A DNA stretch of 48,113 nucleotides from a virus (Duplodnaviria; Caudoviricetes). Under the pieces are notes generated by a model. The model made no database searches, was not told the origin of the DNA, and saw nothing but the letters and a program-made list of their open reading frames with translations. Positions within the stretch are counted from its first letter, which is position 1. The number at the start of each line of letters is the position of its first letter. The translations under genes and the position numbers were made by a program. Below are positions 1 through 8,994 of the stretch, piece by piece. The DNA lies in the IMG/VR virus record IMGVR_UViG_3300037631_004055, positions 1 through 48,113 of that record; one strand, written 5' to 3'.

Positions 1-762
1 ATCTCTACGAGATTCTAATTTCGCTATTTCTGGCTCTAATTCCTCGAAAAGGTCGTTTATTTTCGACTTTTTACCGAATCTGATGGGGTCAGTGATTATC
101 CGAGTTACCTGAAAGTGGTCCCCCAGATCATCCCGAGTCAGCCTATGACCCCTGTCCGGGTAAATGAGCTTGTTAAGCTCTTTTAACTTCCCTCTGTTCC
201 TTTCCGGGAATTGCAGAGCCTTCCAGCGATCAAATTCACACCCCCAGTGTTGCGCCCAGTTCCAGAAGTTACTTAGGTTATGTAGGCTGAGAGCGAACCC
301 CAGAGCCCTCATCTCCCTCGGGTCTTCGGCGGCAGTAGCCGACAGCATAAGTATTTGGAACCCCTGCTTCTTAGCCGCAATCATCATATTAGCGTTGAGG
401 GTTCTAACCCCCTTCGCTTTATGACACTCGTCAAAGATAATCAGAGTTTCCGGCGGCAGTTCCCAGTGAAAACCCCTTTTACCCCGCCTCGATACGTAAG
501 ACGTGTTCCCAGTCCTGAGTTTCTCCCAGTTAATCACGTCCCCCCGCACTCCCTGCCCCTTTAGGGTGGATTCCCACGATGCAATTACCGTTTTCGGGCA
601 AACCACGAACGGGGTAACTCCCATGGTTTTAGCAACTTCCACCGCTTTGAGCGTTTTTCCTGTCCCCGTGTCTGATGAGTCAAGCGCGGATCGGTGGGTT
701 TGAAGCGCTTTGACAAGAGTGTTATGGGATGTTTTCTGTGCTGGATAAAGTGTTAAGGCCAT
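1..762 (-). CDS. Superfamily 2 (SNF2/DExH-like) helicase, N-terminal part, runs off the window edge
   Basis: Not in the ORF track. Manual translation from ATG 762 gives MALTLYPAQKTSH...SSDTGTGKT (Walker A)...VVCPK...LIIFDECH (Walker B)...LMLSATA (motif III). The frame stays open to base 1. Confidence 0.85.
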   Translation of the reverse strand, partial: MALTLYPAQKTSHNTLVKALQTHRSALDSSDTGTGKTLKAVEVAKTMGVTPFVVCPKTVIASWESTLKGQGVRGDVINWEKLRTGNTSYVSRRGKRGFHWELPPETLIIFDECHKAKGVRTLNANMMIAAKKQGFQILMLSATAAEDPREMRALGFALSLHNLSNFWNWAQHWGCEFDRWKALQFPERNRGKLKELNKLIYPDRGHRLTRDDLGDHFQVTRIITDPIRFGKKSKINDLFEELEPEIAKLESRRD

Positions 763-1177
763 ATAGAGCTATTAGAGCCGCATCACAAGTTTTAAGTGTC
801 CAAGGTGTTTTTGGGAAGAACCTTCCCGCGGCATCCTTAAGTGCGGCTTTTCGTTTGGTTTTTTCCTTTACTTGGGGTATTCCCAGTCCTTTTTGCCATT
901 TTTGTGGCAGGACTTCGTAAAGTGGTATTTTTAAGGTTCTCACGACTCCGCGCTCAAACCCATAGTTTTGGGCGAACTTCCATGTGGAAGCTACCCCCTG
1001 TCCCGGGAAAGCATTTACTTTCTCTATAAAAGCGGCATCAACTCCGCCCCGAGCCATCTCTTCCACGAATGTGATAAAGTCTTGCTCAGTTGTATAAGAT
1101 ACAATGCTTAGGGGGGTTCGGTCTAGGAGCATAACCGCCCCACCGCCGACCCCCGGATCAATCCCCAGAATCTTCAT
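722..1177 (-). CDS. RuvC-like Holliday junction resolvase (phage type)
   Basis: MKILGIDPG start at ATG 1177, AFIEKV, STWKFAQNYG, PQKWQK and CDAALIA give the RuvC catalytic D/E/D pattern. Confidence 0.85.
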   Translation of the reverse strand: MKILGIDPGVGGGAVMLLDRTPLSIVSYTTEQDFITFVEEMARGGVDAAFIEKVNAFPGQGVASTWKFAQNYGFERGVVRTLKIPLYEVLPQKWQKGLGIPQVKEKTKRKAALKDAAGRFFPKTPWTLKTCDAALIALYGLNTLSSTENIP

Positions 1178-1439
1178 TACCCTGCAACATTTTCTGGACA
1201 AAGTTCTCCAGAGTCATTCCGTTAGCGTCGGCCTTTTTAGAAGCTTTCTCCCACCACGTCCTGTTAAGCCTTACAGTCACTGGGATTTCATCCCCGACCT
1301 CTTTTTCTACGAGGTTTGTGACTAGCTGACTTAATGAACTGCCTGTCTCAGAGGCATACTTTTTACCACGTCTTACAGTGTTTTTAGGCATGTATAACGT
1401 GACTTTTGTCGGGTTTTCTATGCTACCTTCTCTGGCCAT
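1158..1439 (-). CDS. Ribbon-helix-helix DNA-binding regulator, apparently two tandem RHH units
   Basis: KVTLYMP...GKKYASETGSSLSQLV and PVTVRLN...ASKKADANGMTLENFV both fit the beta-alpha-alpha RHH pattern. Confidence 0.65.
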   Translation of the reverse strand: MAREGSIENPTKVTLYMPKNTVRRGKKYASETGSSLSQLVTNLVEKEVGDEIPVTVRLNRTWWEKASKKADANGMTLENFVQKMLQGNEDSGD

Positions 1440-1445
1440 GGTAGG

Positions 1446-1474
1446 TATTTAATCCGTCCACCTTGATTTAGCAA
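1446..1474 (-). promoter_or_regulatory. Putative leftward promoter TTGCTA-17bp-TAAATA
   Basis: It shares the 12-mer CGGATTAAATAC and the 17-bp spacing with the element at 41718-41746, and lies a few nt before the ATG at 1439. Confidence 0.5.
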
Positions 1475-1490
1475 CAAAAAAGTGTATCTT
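1463..1490 (+). promoter_or_regulatory. Putative rightward late promoter TTGATT-16bp-TATCTT
   Basis: Sigma70-like hexamers end 5 nt before the terL GTG, with no SD, so the transcript is possibly leaderless. Confidence 0.35.
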
Positions 1491-1495
1491 CATCT

Positions 1496-3229
1496 GTGCC
1501 TATCTCCCGATATGGGTTTACATTCCCAGATGGAACCAACGAAGTAACCATGGAATTACACGCCTTCCTGCACGACAGGGGGCCAGAACAAGGGGGTTTG
1601 GGTAAGTTTGAACACTTCAAGAACGCCGTGGACTTGCTGTGGAATGATCCTCAGAAACCCGCCTCCCGTAATTTTATATGGTCGCCGTGGGCTGAAGACA
1701 TGATCTATGAGGCCTGCGAGAACCAGTATCTGTCCATTGCAGGGTGTGCTTCCTCCGGTAAGTCCGATACCATGGCGTTGTGGGGGGTTATTAATTACTT
1801 AGCCGACCCCTATAATACCCTTGTTATAGCCACGTCAACCACGCTACGGGAGGCGCGGCGACGTATTTGGAAGTCAATTACCGAGTTGTGGTCATCTGTT
1901 CCGGGGCTACCCGGTAAATTAGTCCCATCACTTGGGCAGATTAAAGGCCTATCTAAGAATGGAGGGGTCTGGGAATCTACCGGGATCGTCCTTGTTCCCG
2001 CTGAGAAACGTAAGGAAAAAGAGGCCATCGGTAAGCTAGTCGGTATAAAAATGAAGCGTCTCATCCTTTTGGCCGACGAGCTCCCCGAGCTCCCCGAGAG
2101 TTTGATCCACGCCGCCTACACCAACCTCGCCACCAACCCATTCTTCCAAATGGTTGGTCTAGGTAACCCTAACTCCCACTTCGACGCCTTCGGGGTGTTT
2201 TCCCGTCCCGCGGATGGGTGGCAGTCCGTGACCGAACACGACTCCGAGTGGGAAACCTCTCGGGGAAAGTGTATCCGGTTCAACGCTGAAGAGAACCCCA
2301 ATGTGTTAGCTGGTAAGCAGATTTACCCGTGGATGCCTTCCCGGGAGACGGTAGAGGCCGCAAAAAGAGATTACGGAGAGAAGTCTCTTTTGTTCTACCG
2401 CATGTATAAAGGATTTTGGTGTCCCGACGGTGTTGATAGTGGCGTCTATTCTGAGGCAGACTTAGTTAGAGGTGTGGCGTCTAACCCAGCGAGATTCGAC
2501 AGCGCCCCCACTAAAGTCGCCGCTATCGACCCGTCATTCACTAATGGAGGGGACCGTTCTATAGTCTACTTCGGTTCCTTCGGGGAAGAGGGCGGGGTTC
2601 AAGTGCTACAGTTTGATGATTATGAGGTTTTAAGTGAGAACGTTGCAGATAAAGACACCCCACGTTCCGTACAGATCGCCCGAAAGTTTAGGGCCGCGTG
2701 CGAGAAAAGGGGAGTTTTACCTGAAAATGCCGCGTGTGACGCTACCGGGGCGGGAGGCCCATTCCACGATATCTTGAGCGTAGAGTGGTCTGATAGGGTG
2801 TTAGCTGTTAATTTCGCAGGTAAAGCCTCCGACCGACCTGTATCCGCAACTGATAGGACTCCGGGTTGTGACAGATACGCCAACCGAATGTCTGAGATTT
2901 GGTATCAAGGACAGGAGTTACTGCGCTCACACCAGTTACGGGGGATTTCTACTGACTTAGCGAGGGAGATGGTTGGTAGGCGATATGAAACCCGAGGCAC
3001 CAATGTAAAAATAAAGGTGGAGTCAAAGATAGACTTTAAGGCACGGGTAGGCAGGTCACCGGATATTGCAGACGCGGCATTCATTGTCATCGACCTTTGC
3101 AGGTCTAGGCACGGTTTTATGGGGGGAGAGAGGTTCTCTGTTAACGCAGGTCGTCAAAAGACTTGGGCTAATAAAATGAAGTCACTTGATGTTACTGCGT
3201 CTTCCCATAGAACTCTCCTTGATACTTAG
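1496..3229 (+). CDS. terL: Terminase large subunit
   Basis: Walker A GCASSGKS, Walker B LILLADE, coupling motif LGNP, and nuclease motifs AIDPSFTNGGD, CDATG and SPDIADA. First gene of the head operon. Confidence 0.93.
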   Translation: MPISRYGFTFPDGTNEVTMELHAFLHDRGPEQGGLGKFEHFKNAVDLLWNDPQKPASRNFIWSPWAEDMIYEACENQYLSIAGCASSGKSDTMALWGVINYLADPYNTLVIATSTTLREARRRIWKSITELWSSVPGLPGKLVPSLGQIKGLSKNGGVWESTGIVLVPAEKRKEKEAIGKLVGIKMKRLILLADELPELPESLIHAAYTNLATNPFFQMVGLGNPNSHFDAFGVFSRPADGWQSVTEHDSEWETSRGKCIRFNAEENPNVLAGKQIYPWMPSRETVEAAKRDYGEKSLLFYRMYKGFWCPDGVDSGVYSEADLVRGVASNPARFDSAPTKVAAIDPSFTNGGDRSIVYFGSFGEEGGVQVLQFDDYEVLSENVADKDTPRSVQIARKFRAACEKRGVLPENAACDATGAGGPFHDILSVEWSDRVLAVNFAGKASDRPVSATDRTPGCDRYANRMSEIWYQGQELLRSHQLRGISTDLAREMVGRRYETRGTNVKIKVESKIDFKARVGRSPDIADAAFIVIDLCRSRHGFMGGERFSVNAGRQKTWANKMKSLDVTASSHRTLLDT

Positions 3230-3259
3230 AGCTCTACGTGGCAAATTAGTGGGATAATT

Positions 3260-5509
3260 ATGTCATCCGGGCTAAAAGAATTTTCCGACCTATCCCTAGA
3301 GACTATTAAAGAGTCTGGGGCGGTACCTAAGTCGCGCATTAAAAATGTAAAAGCGGCAAACGAGATTTACGAAAACCTACGCGACGGCGACGAGGTTTCC
3401 GCCACTAACCGAGCGAGAGTTCAGGCTATGTTTGATGGCTCTCCCCCGTATTCCGATGCCGTTCTTAGAAACTCCGGTCAGGGTTTCCGATGTAACTTAA
3501 ACTTCGGAGAGGCTGAGAAGTTTCTTGAGAATGCCATGTCCGCGTATGTGGACTTAATAAACTCGGTAGAAACCCTAGTTAGGGTGGAGACTTCCTTTGG
3601 TGACCCCAAGCAACAGATTGAATGGAATCGGATTATGTCCGAGGAATATTCTTTTCAGTTACGGAAGTGGCCTCGCTTTAACTACGAGTACCTAAACCTC
3701 TGCAATCATTTCGTAGGCCATGGCGTAGGCATTAATTATTTCGAAGATGAACGTTCTTGGCAATGGCGTTCCACAGGTCTAGGAGACATCGTTATCCCTC
3801 GCCAGACACAGGCTACAGAGGATGCCTTAGAGGTAGCGGCTTGCCGCCGAGCCGTGATGGTAAATGACCTATACAAGTACATAGAAGACCCAGAAGTAGC
3901 TTCTGAACTTGGGTGGAATGTTTCCGAAGTCCGCAAAGCTATAATGAAGGCCTCCGCCACCGTGACCACTCACAGTGACTGGGAGAACTTTCAGGCTGAG
4001 ATTAAGAACAACGATATCTGGGCAGGAGCGAAAGCCGCACGGGTTTCCCTCGTCCACTTGTGGGTAAAAGAGTTCAACGGAACGGTATCGCATTTCATCA
4101 CCCTCTCTGACGCAGAGAACAAAGATTTCCTATACAAGAGGATCGGACGTTACAACAACATCAACCAAGCATTCACGTTCTTCACTTATGGTATTGGGAC
4201 TAACGGAAGTTTCCACAGTATCCGGGGGCTAGGGTTCAAATTGTACCACCACCTTCAGGTCAGTAACCGGATTCGTTCACAGGCAGTAGATAACGCTATG
4301 CTTGCAGGAGCTCCGATGGTTCAACCCGAAGACGAACGGTCTTTGGAGAACTTCGCGTTCAACTATTTTGGGCCTTTTGCAATTTTACCACCCAACATGA
4401 AGTTTGTGGACCGCGCGGCCCCAAACACTTCACAAACCATGATGCCCGTGCTCAACGACCTGACTCAGCAGGTACAAGAGCGTGCAGGACAATACTCAAC
4501 GGCGGGGGTCTTCGGAAAAGGAGATCGCAGGACACGGTTCGAAGTAGCCGCCCACCTTGAAGAAGCCGCGAAGTTGAACGTTACCGCGCTCAACCTGTTC
4601 TATAACCCGTGGGATAGGTTTCATATGGAGGTGGCCCGCCGATTCTTTAGACCAGACTACTCTCCTAATGAAGGGGGAGGTGATGCTGTTATGGAGTTCC
4701 GTGAGAGATGTCTGATGAGAGGAGTGCCTCCCGAGGCAATGCTTGCCATAGACATACGCAAGACGCGTTCCGTAAGAGCTGTCGGCAGTGGTAGCCAAGC
4801 CAAACGTGCCGTCAGTCTCCAGCAGTTGAATGAATTCGCCGGGACTTTCGACGCAGAGGGTAGACATAATTTATTCCGTGATCAAGTAGCGGCTCTTGTC
4901 GGACACGATGCGGCTGACCGTTACATACCTGCCCGACCAGATCAGCGTATCCCGATTGACGCTAAGGTCGCTCAACTTGAGACAGAACACTTGCTTGAAG
5001 GCCGAGAGATTGAAGTCTTCCCGAACGAGATACATACAATCCATTTGGATATACACTTACCTATAGTGGAGCAGATGTTTACCGCCGTGGAAGAAGGTCA
5101 GATGGAAATTGAGGACGCCGCCATGCGTTCTATGAATGTGTTCCAGCACTCCGTACAACACTTGGAGCAAGTTCAACAAGACCCAACGATAGCCGACCAA
5201 GTTGCCCAATATAACCAGAGACTCCAGCAAGTGTCTGAGTTGATTATTAACGGGCAGAAGAAACTAGCTAAACTTCAACGCGAGGCCGCCGAGGAAGGCC
5301 CTGTTGGGGAGCCGGGCCCCGAAGGGGAGGAAGGACAACCCCAAGTTACTCCAGAACAACAGGAAAAACTTATAGAGCATCGACTTAAACTTCAGATGAT
5401 GCAGGAGAAGCATCAAGCTGAGATGATGATTAAACTACAGAAGGCCGAACAGGAGCGCCAGCTATCGGACGCCAAGGCCGCGACAGATATTAGGGATTAT
5501 TTACGATGA
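3260..5509 (+). CDS. Portal protein
   Basis: 749 aa, directly after terL and before the scaffold and capsid genes, helical with a Q/E-rich coiled-coil C-terminus as in podoviral portals. Confidence 0.75.
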   Translation: MSSGLKEFSDLSLETIKESGAVPKSRIKNVKAANEIYENLRDGDEVSATNRARVQAMFDGSPPYSDAVLRNSGQGFRCNLNFGEAEKFLENAMSAYVDLINSVETLVRVETSFGDPKQQIEWNRIMSEEYSFQLRKWPRFNYEYLNLCNHFVGHGVGINYFEDERSWQWRSTGLGDIVIPRQTQATEDALEVAACRRAVMVNDLYKYIEDPEVASELGWNVSEVRKAIMKASATVTTHSDWENFQAEIKNNDIWAGAKAARVSLVHLWVKEFNGTVSHFITLSDAENKDFLYKRIGRYNNINQAFTFFTYGIGTNGSFHSIRGLGFKLYHHLQVSNRIRSQAVDNAMLAGAPMVQPEDERSLENFAFNYFGPFAILPPNMKFVDRAAPNTSQTMMPVLNDLTQQVQERAGQYSTAGVFGKGDRRTRFEVAAHLEEAAKLNVTALNLFYNPWDRFHMEVARRFFRPDYSPNEGGGDAVMEFRERCLMRGVPPEAMLAIDIRKTRSVRAVGSGSQAKRAVSLQQLNEFAGTFDAEGRHNLFRDQVAALVGHDAADRYIPARPDQRIPIDAKVAQLETEHLLEGREIEVFPNEIHTIHLDIHLPIVEQMFTAVEEGQMEIEDAAMRSMNVFQHSVQHLEQVQQDPTIADQVAQYNQRLQQVSELIINGQKKLAKLQREAAEEGPVGEPGPEGEEGQPQVTPEQQEKLIEHRLKLQMMQEKHQAEMMIKLQKAEQERQLSDAKAATDIRDYLR

Positions 5510-5886
5510 CAGGAAGTGGTTCAGGATATACAGGCAGTGGCTCGGGCAGTGGCTCGGGCAGTGGCTCGGGCAGTGGCTCTGGCAGTGGCTCTGGCTACAC
5601 AGGAAGCGGCGGTTCAGACATGTCCGGGGAGGTAGATTGCTACCACTGGACAGGTTATATGGAGTCAGGCTCAGGTAGTGGCTCAGGTAGTGGCTCAGGT
5701 AGTGGCTCAGGTAGTGGCTCAGGTAGTGGCTCAGGTAGTGGCTCAGGTAGTGGCTCAGGTAGTGGAGATGAATATATTGACCTTTACCCTGTAAATAAGG
5801 GGTGTGGGTGTGATTGTGGCGGAGATTTTGAAGAACATATTAAATACGGGTTTGCAAAAAAGCGAGAGTGGGATAATGATTCCTAG
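5506..5886 (+). CDS. Gly-Ser repeat protein with Cys motif (GCGCDC), putative virion-associated
   Basis: ATGA overlap with the portal stop, and its TAG abuts the next ATG, indicating translational coupling. Contains two long (GS)n tracts. Confidence 0.7.
   Translation: MTGSGSGYTGSGSGSGSGSGSGSGSGSGSGYTGSGGSDMSGEVDCYHWTGYMESGSGSGSGSGSGSGSGSGSGSGSGSGSGSGSGSGDEYIDLYPVNKGCGCDCGGDFEEHIKYGFAKKREWDNDS
5533..5592 (+). repeat. 12-bp tandem repeat GGCAGTGGCTC(G/T) x5
   Basis: Read directly; encodes (GSGS)n. Confidence 0.95.
5668..5763 (+). repeat. 12-bp tandem repeat GGCTCAGGTAGT x8
   Basis: Read directly; perfect copies encoding (GSGS)n. Confidence 0.95.
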
Positions 5887-6177
5887 ATGGAAGGTCTAGT
5901 TAAAAAGTGGCAAGGCGACGAAGCTGGTAGAGCCGCTTGGCAAGATTTTATACTAACCCCCGAGTTTGAGCGGGGGTTGAGGGTACTAGAATCCCAAGCC
6001 ACCCCTGTTGTGGTTATGGGGGAATCTTTGGAGCAGACTGCGAAGAGGCAATCTTTCCAAGCAGGGTTCCACACAGCCCTACACTTAATACAAAGACTCC
6101 CCACGTTACACTTCAAAAAAGTTCAGGATCAGTTACCTGAGTGGGATTATATACAACCTATAGAAGAAGATGAGTGA
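5887..6177 (+). CDS. Small head-module protein of unknown function
   Basis: 96 aa, coupled to both neighbours, in the usual position between portal and scaffold. Confidence 0.65.
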   Translation: MEGLVKKWQGDEAGRAAWQDFILTPEFERGLRVLESQATPVVVMGESLEQTAKRQSFQAGFHTALHLIQRLPTLHFKKVQDQLPEWDYIQPIEEDE

Positions 6178-7369
6178 AGAAGCCGTAGCCACAGAAGCAG
6201 AAGCCCCGGAAACTCCCGTTGCCGAGGCCCCAACTATCCCTAGTACTGAGGAGTCTCTAAGTGCTCTGGACGCTGAAATGCAACCTGAACCTAGTGATGA
6301 CACGGGTTTTCTGGACTTTATTGGGGATGCGTTGGAGGGTGATTCCGAAACAACTGCGCCAGAAACTGCGCCAGAAACTGCGCCAGAAACTACAGAGGAG
6401 ACAACTTCACCAGATACAGAGGAAGAGTCTCCCGCAACTGATTTAGTCGATGACTTCCCTTCTCCTGACGATTTAAGTGAAACATTGGATGAGAAAGCTG
6501 TAGCCAAGTGGGGTGAACTTCGATCTGAGTTAGCCGATGCTAGAGCTAGAGCCACTGAGTTAGAGGGCCAGATCACTGAAACCCCTGTAACTGAGGGTAC
6601 CGAGCAGTTAGAGCAACAGTTGCACGCGCAACAAGAGGCCATTGAGGCATATGAGCGTGAACTGTCTATATCTAGGGTGGAGACTTCTGCCGAGTATAAA
6701 CGGACAGTAGCTGAACCGTTACAGTCTATAATGGATGCCACGGAGGCTTTGGCGGAGAGGAACGAGAAAGACCCCGGAGTTTTACTCGACATCTTGTCCG
6801 AGAGTAACATCGAGCGTCAAAACAAGAATTTAGAAGAAGTCGCGGCCGAGATGGGTGACCGCGATAAGATGATGCTCTATAGAATGGTGGACGATGCCCA
6901 AGCCATCTTTGAGCGAGATAGACAACTCAAGGAGTACGCGGCAGAAGCCGCGGCAGAATTAGACCACCACCAGCAACAAGAGGAAGAACAGGCTCTACAC
7001 GACTATACAATGAGTACTAAGTCCTCCGTGAATCAAGTTTACGATAAGTTCGAGTCTGTTCTCCCCGAGTTAGACGGAACTGATTTGGGGGAACTTAGAA
7101 AAAAGACACTTGAGGATAACTTCTTAGACTTAGGTGTAGACCACCAAGCGTACGCCGTTTCCGCCGGAACCTTACTCCCTCCTATGGTTAAGGCCATTAG
7201 GGCGAAGGACGCTAAGATAGCCAGCCTAGAAAAACAGCTTTCCAGTTACCAAAAAGCAACACCCAAAGCCGCCGAGTCCGGGGGTGGGGTTCAGGTAGCC
7301 CCCTCCGAGCCTTCTTCTTCAGAAGGATTCGACTTTATGGATGTCATATCCAAAAGATTAGGGGTTTAG
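6170..7369 (+). CDS. Capsid scaffolding protein (putative)
   Basis: Very acidic disordered N-terminus with a TAPE x3 repeat (6353-6388), long coiled coils and a short C-terminal amphipathic helix, just upstream of the capsid gene. Confidence 0.65.
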   Translation: MSEEAVATEAEAPETPVAEAPTIPSTEESLSALDAEMQPEPSDDTGFLDFIGDALEGDSETTAPETAPETAPETTEETTSPDTEEESPATDLVDDFPSPDDLSETLDEKAVAKWGELRSELADARARATELEGQITETPVTEGTEQLEQQLHAQQEAIEAYERELSISRVETSAEYKRTVAEPLQSIMDATEALAERNEKDPGVLLDILSESNIERQNKNLEEVAAEMGDRDKMMLYRMVDDAQAIFERDRQLKEYAAEAAAELDHHQQQEEEQALHDYTMSTKSSVNQVYDKFESVLPELDGTDLGELRKKTLEDNFLDLGVDHQAYAVSAGTLLPPMVKAIRAKDAKIASLEKQLSSYQKATPKAAESGGGVQVAPSEPSSSEGFDFMDVISKRLGV

Positions 7370-7381
7370 GAATTTTTTGTT

Positions 7382-7410
7382 TTGCGACTTAAAAAGTTGT
7401 GCAGTATACT
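7382..7410 (+). promoter_or_regulatory. Sigma70-like promoter TTGCGA-17bp-TATACT for the capsid gene
   Basis: Near-consensus hexamers with ideal spacing in the intergenic gap. Confidence 0.75.
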
Positions 7411-7452
7411 TCTGATGGAACCACAGATTCCGCAATTTCTGTACAAATAATT

Positions 7453-7567
7453 TGAGCTAGGCGGTTTCTCCGCCATCTCCTCGGCTCAGGGAGATAGTGA
7501 AACGGATGCTAAACACTCGTAGGGGTGGGCGCATCCGCGTATATTAATTAACCGCCCTGAGGAGGGC
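7453..7567 (+). ncRNA. Structured 5' leader of capsid mRNA (candidate cis-regulatory RNA)
   Basis: Four adjacent hairpins, a potential pseudoknot and an SD-sequestering stem (see findings). Confidence 0.45.
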
Positions 7568-7577
7568 ATATAGCAAA

Positions 7578-8879
7578 ATGGCTACACAAACTATAGATAC
7601 TACTCCAGCGGACCTGAGTATCTCCCACCTTCTGGTGGAAGAGACTGGCAGGATTTCTGGGGACATCTACCGTCGTACAATCGACACCTCGCCATGGCTC
7701 AAGCTTGTTAAGCAAGGAGCATGGCCAAACGAAATGGGAGACACTCTTAGTGTCTTAACTTACGAGCGCACTCTTGCGGCTTCACAGAGCTGGTCTAACA
7801 TCAACAGTGATAGTACCACTTTCTGTATTCCTACCGCGACTGAGATTGACAACGCGCAGACTACTAGGACATACGGCTTGGCGCACACCGCCATTGAGTC
7901 GGCTCCTATTTGTGTGCACGGAGTTCGTATGGGATATCGCTTCCGGGAACAGCTTAAAGCGGTCTACGACAACCTTGTCGAGAACGTGTCATGGGCTTGG
8001 AAGAACCGTTACCGTGACCAATATGAGTCATGGGCCGGGAACCACATCATAGCTGGTTCTACGACTGCAGGTGGCTCAACGCTTCTGTCAGGTTCAGGCA
8101 CCAACATGGGAGGCACTGGTATGCCTACTCAGGACGGTGGCACCGACCTCGTTACAGCCTCGATTTCCCGTCTTACACAAGGTCTTCTTGACCGAGTCTA
8201 CATGCAACTTGTGCGTGATGGAGCTGGAATTAATCCGATGGGCCGTGAAAACGGTCGCCCGGTGTTCACCATCATCACCAGTGCTGAGTCCTCAGACAAG
8301 ATTATCCGCGAGAGTGAGATTCGTGACGACTTCCGTTACAGCCCACAGGTAAGTGAGCTTCTTAAGCCTCTTGGCGTTGAGCGCTCTTATCGCGGGTTCT
8401 ACCACCTCATTGATCCGTTTCCGAAGCGTTATACATATAACTCTGCCTACACAGGCACCGGAACCGGAGGCGACATGGCCCAGTGGGTTGAAGTGGCACC
8501 TTATATTGTGGACTCTTCTTGGACTGGTAAGGTTGGTTCTAACAGCCGTTACATTGTTAACCCAGACTATGAGACTGCCGATTACGAGGATACCATCGTG
8601 TTCCACACAGATGTTATGGAATCATTGATTCCAACACCTATCGCTAACGCAGGTTCAGGCGTGAAGTTCAACCCTCTGACTTATCGTGGTAAGTTCGACT
8701 TCCTTAACATTAAGGATCGTGTCGAGAACCCCGATGGCTCTTGGGGATACTTCCGCGGAGTTCTGGCCAACGCGGCCAAGCCAGTCAAGCCTCAGTGGGG
8801 CTACGTGATTAGGCATAAGCGTTGCGATCCTCTTACTAAGTTGGATTGTGCCGGAGCTTCCATCACAGGAGGTCTGTAA
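7578..8879 (+). CDS. Major capsid protein
   Basis: 433 aa, follows the scaffold, has its own promoter, SD GAGGAGG and a downstream terminator. The size and position are typical. Confidence 0.8.
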   Translation: MATQTIDTTPADLSISHLLVEETGRISGDIYRRTIDTSPWLKLVKQGAWPNEMGDTLSVLTYERTLAASQSWSNINSDSTTFCIPTATEIDNAQTTRTYGLAHTAIESAPICVHGVRMGYRFREQLKAVYDNLVENVSWAWKNRYRDQYESWAGNHIIAGSTTAGGSTLLSGSGTNMGGTGMPTQDGGTDLVTASISRLTQGLLDRVYMQLVRDGAGINPMGRENGRPVFTIITSAESSDKIIRESEIRDDFRYSPQVSELLKPLGVERSYRGFYHLIDPFPKRYTYNSAYTGTGTGGDMAQWVEVAPYIVDSSWTGKVGSNSRYIVNPDYETADYEDTIVFHTDVMESLIPTPIANAGSGVKFNPLTYRGKFDFLNIKDRVENPDGSWGYFRGVLANAAKPVKPQWGYVIRHKRCDPLTKLDCAGASITGGL

Positions 8880-8914
8880 GATCGACATAAGGATTACCTT
8901 AATGGTGATTACAC

Positions 8915-8955
8915 GGGTGCCTGCGGCTCAAATGGGTCGCAGGCACCTTACTTTT
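8915..8955 (+). terminator. Rho-independent terminator
   Basis: Stem GGTGCCTGCGGCTC-AAAT-GGGTCGCAGGCACC followed by TTACTTTT. Confidence 0.8.
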
Positions 8956-8994
8956 ATGGTATAGTCATTGATGCCCATTGGGGATATTTTGTGT

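Noticed and set aside
164-1029. Short plus-strand ORFs
   Set aside because: They are antisense shadows of the helicase and resolvase genes.
5533-5763. Repeats as a possible CRISPR array
   Set aside because: They are head-to-tail 12-mers with no spacers, in frame within a gene, and no cas genes are present.
7499-7563. Hammerhead ribozyme (GAAAC ... CTGAGGA)
   Set aside because: Stems I and II cannot be formed, and no properly placed UH cleavage site follows stem III.
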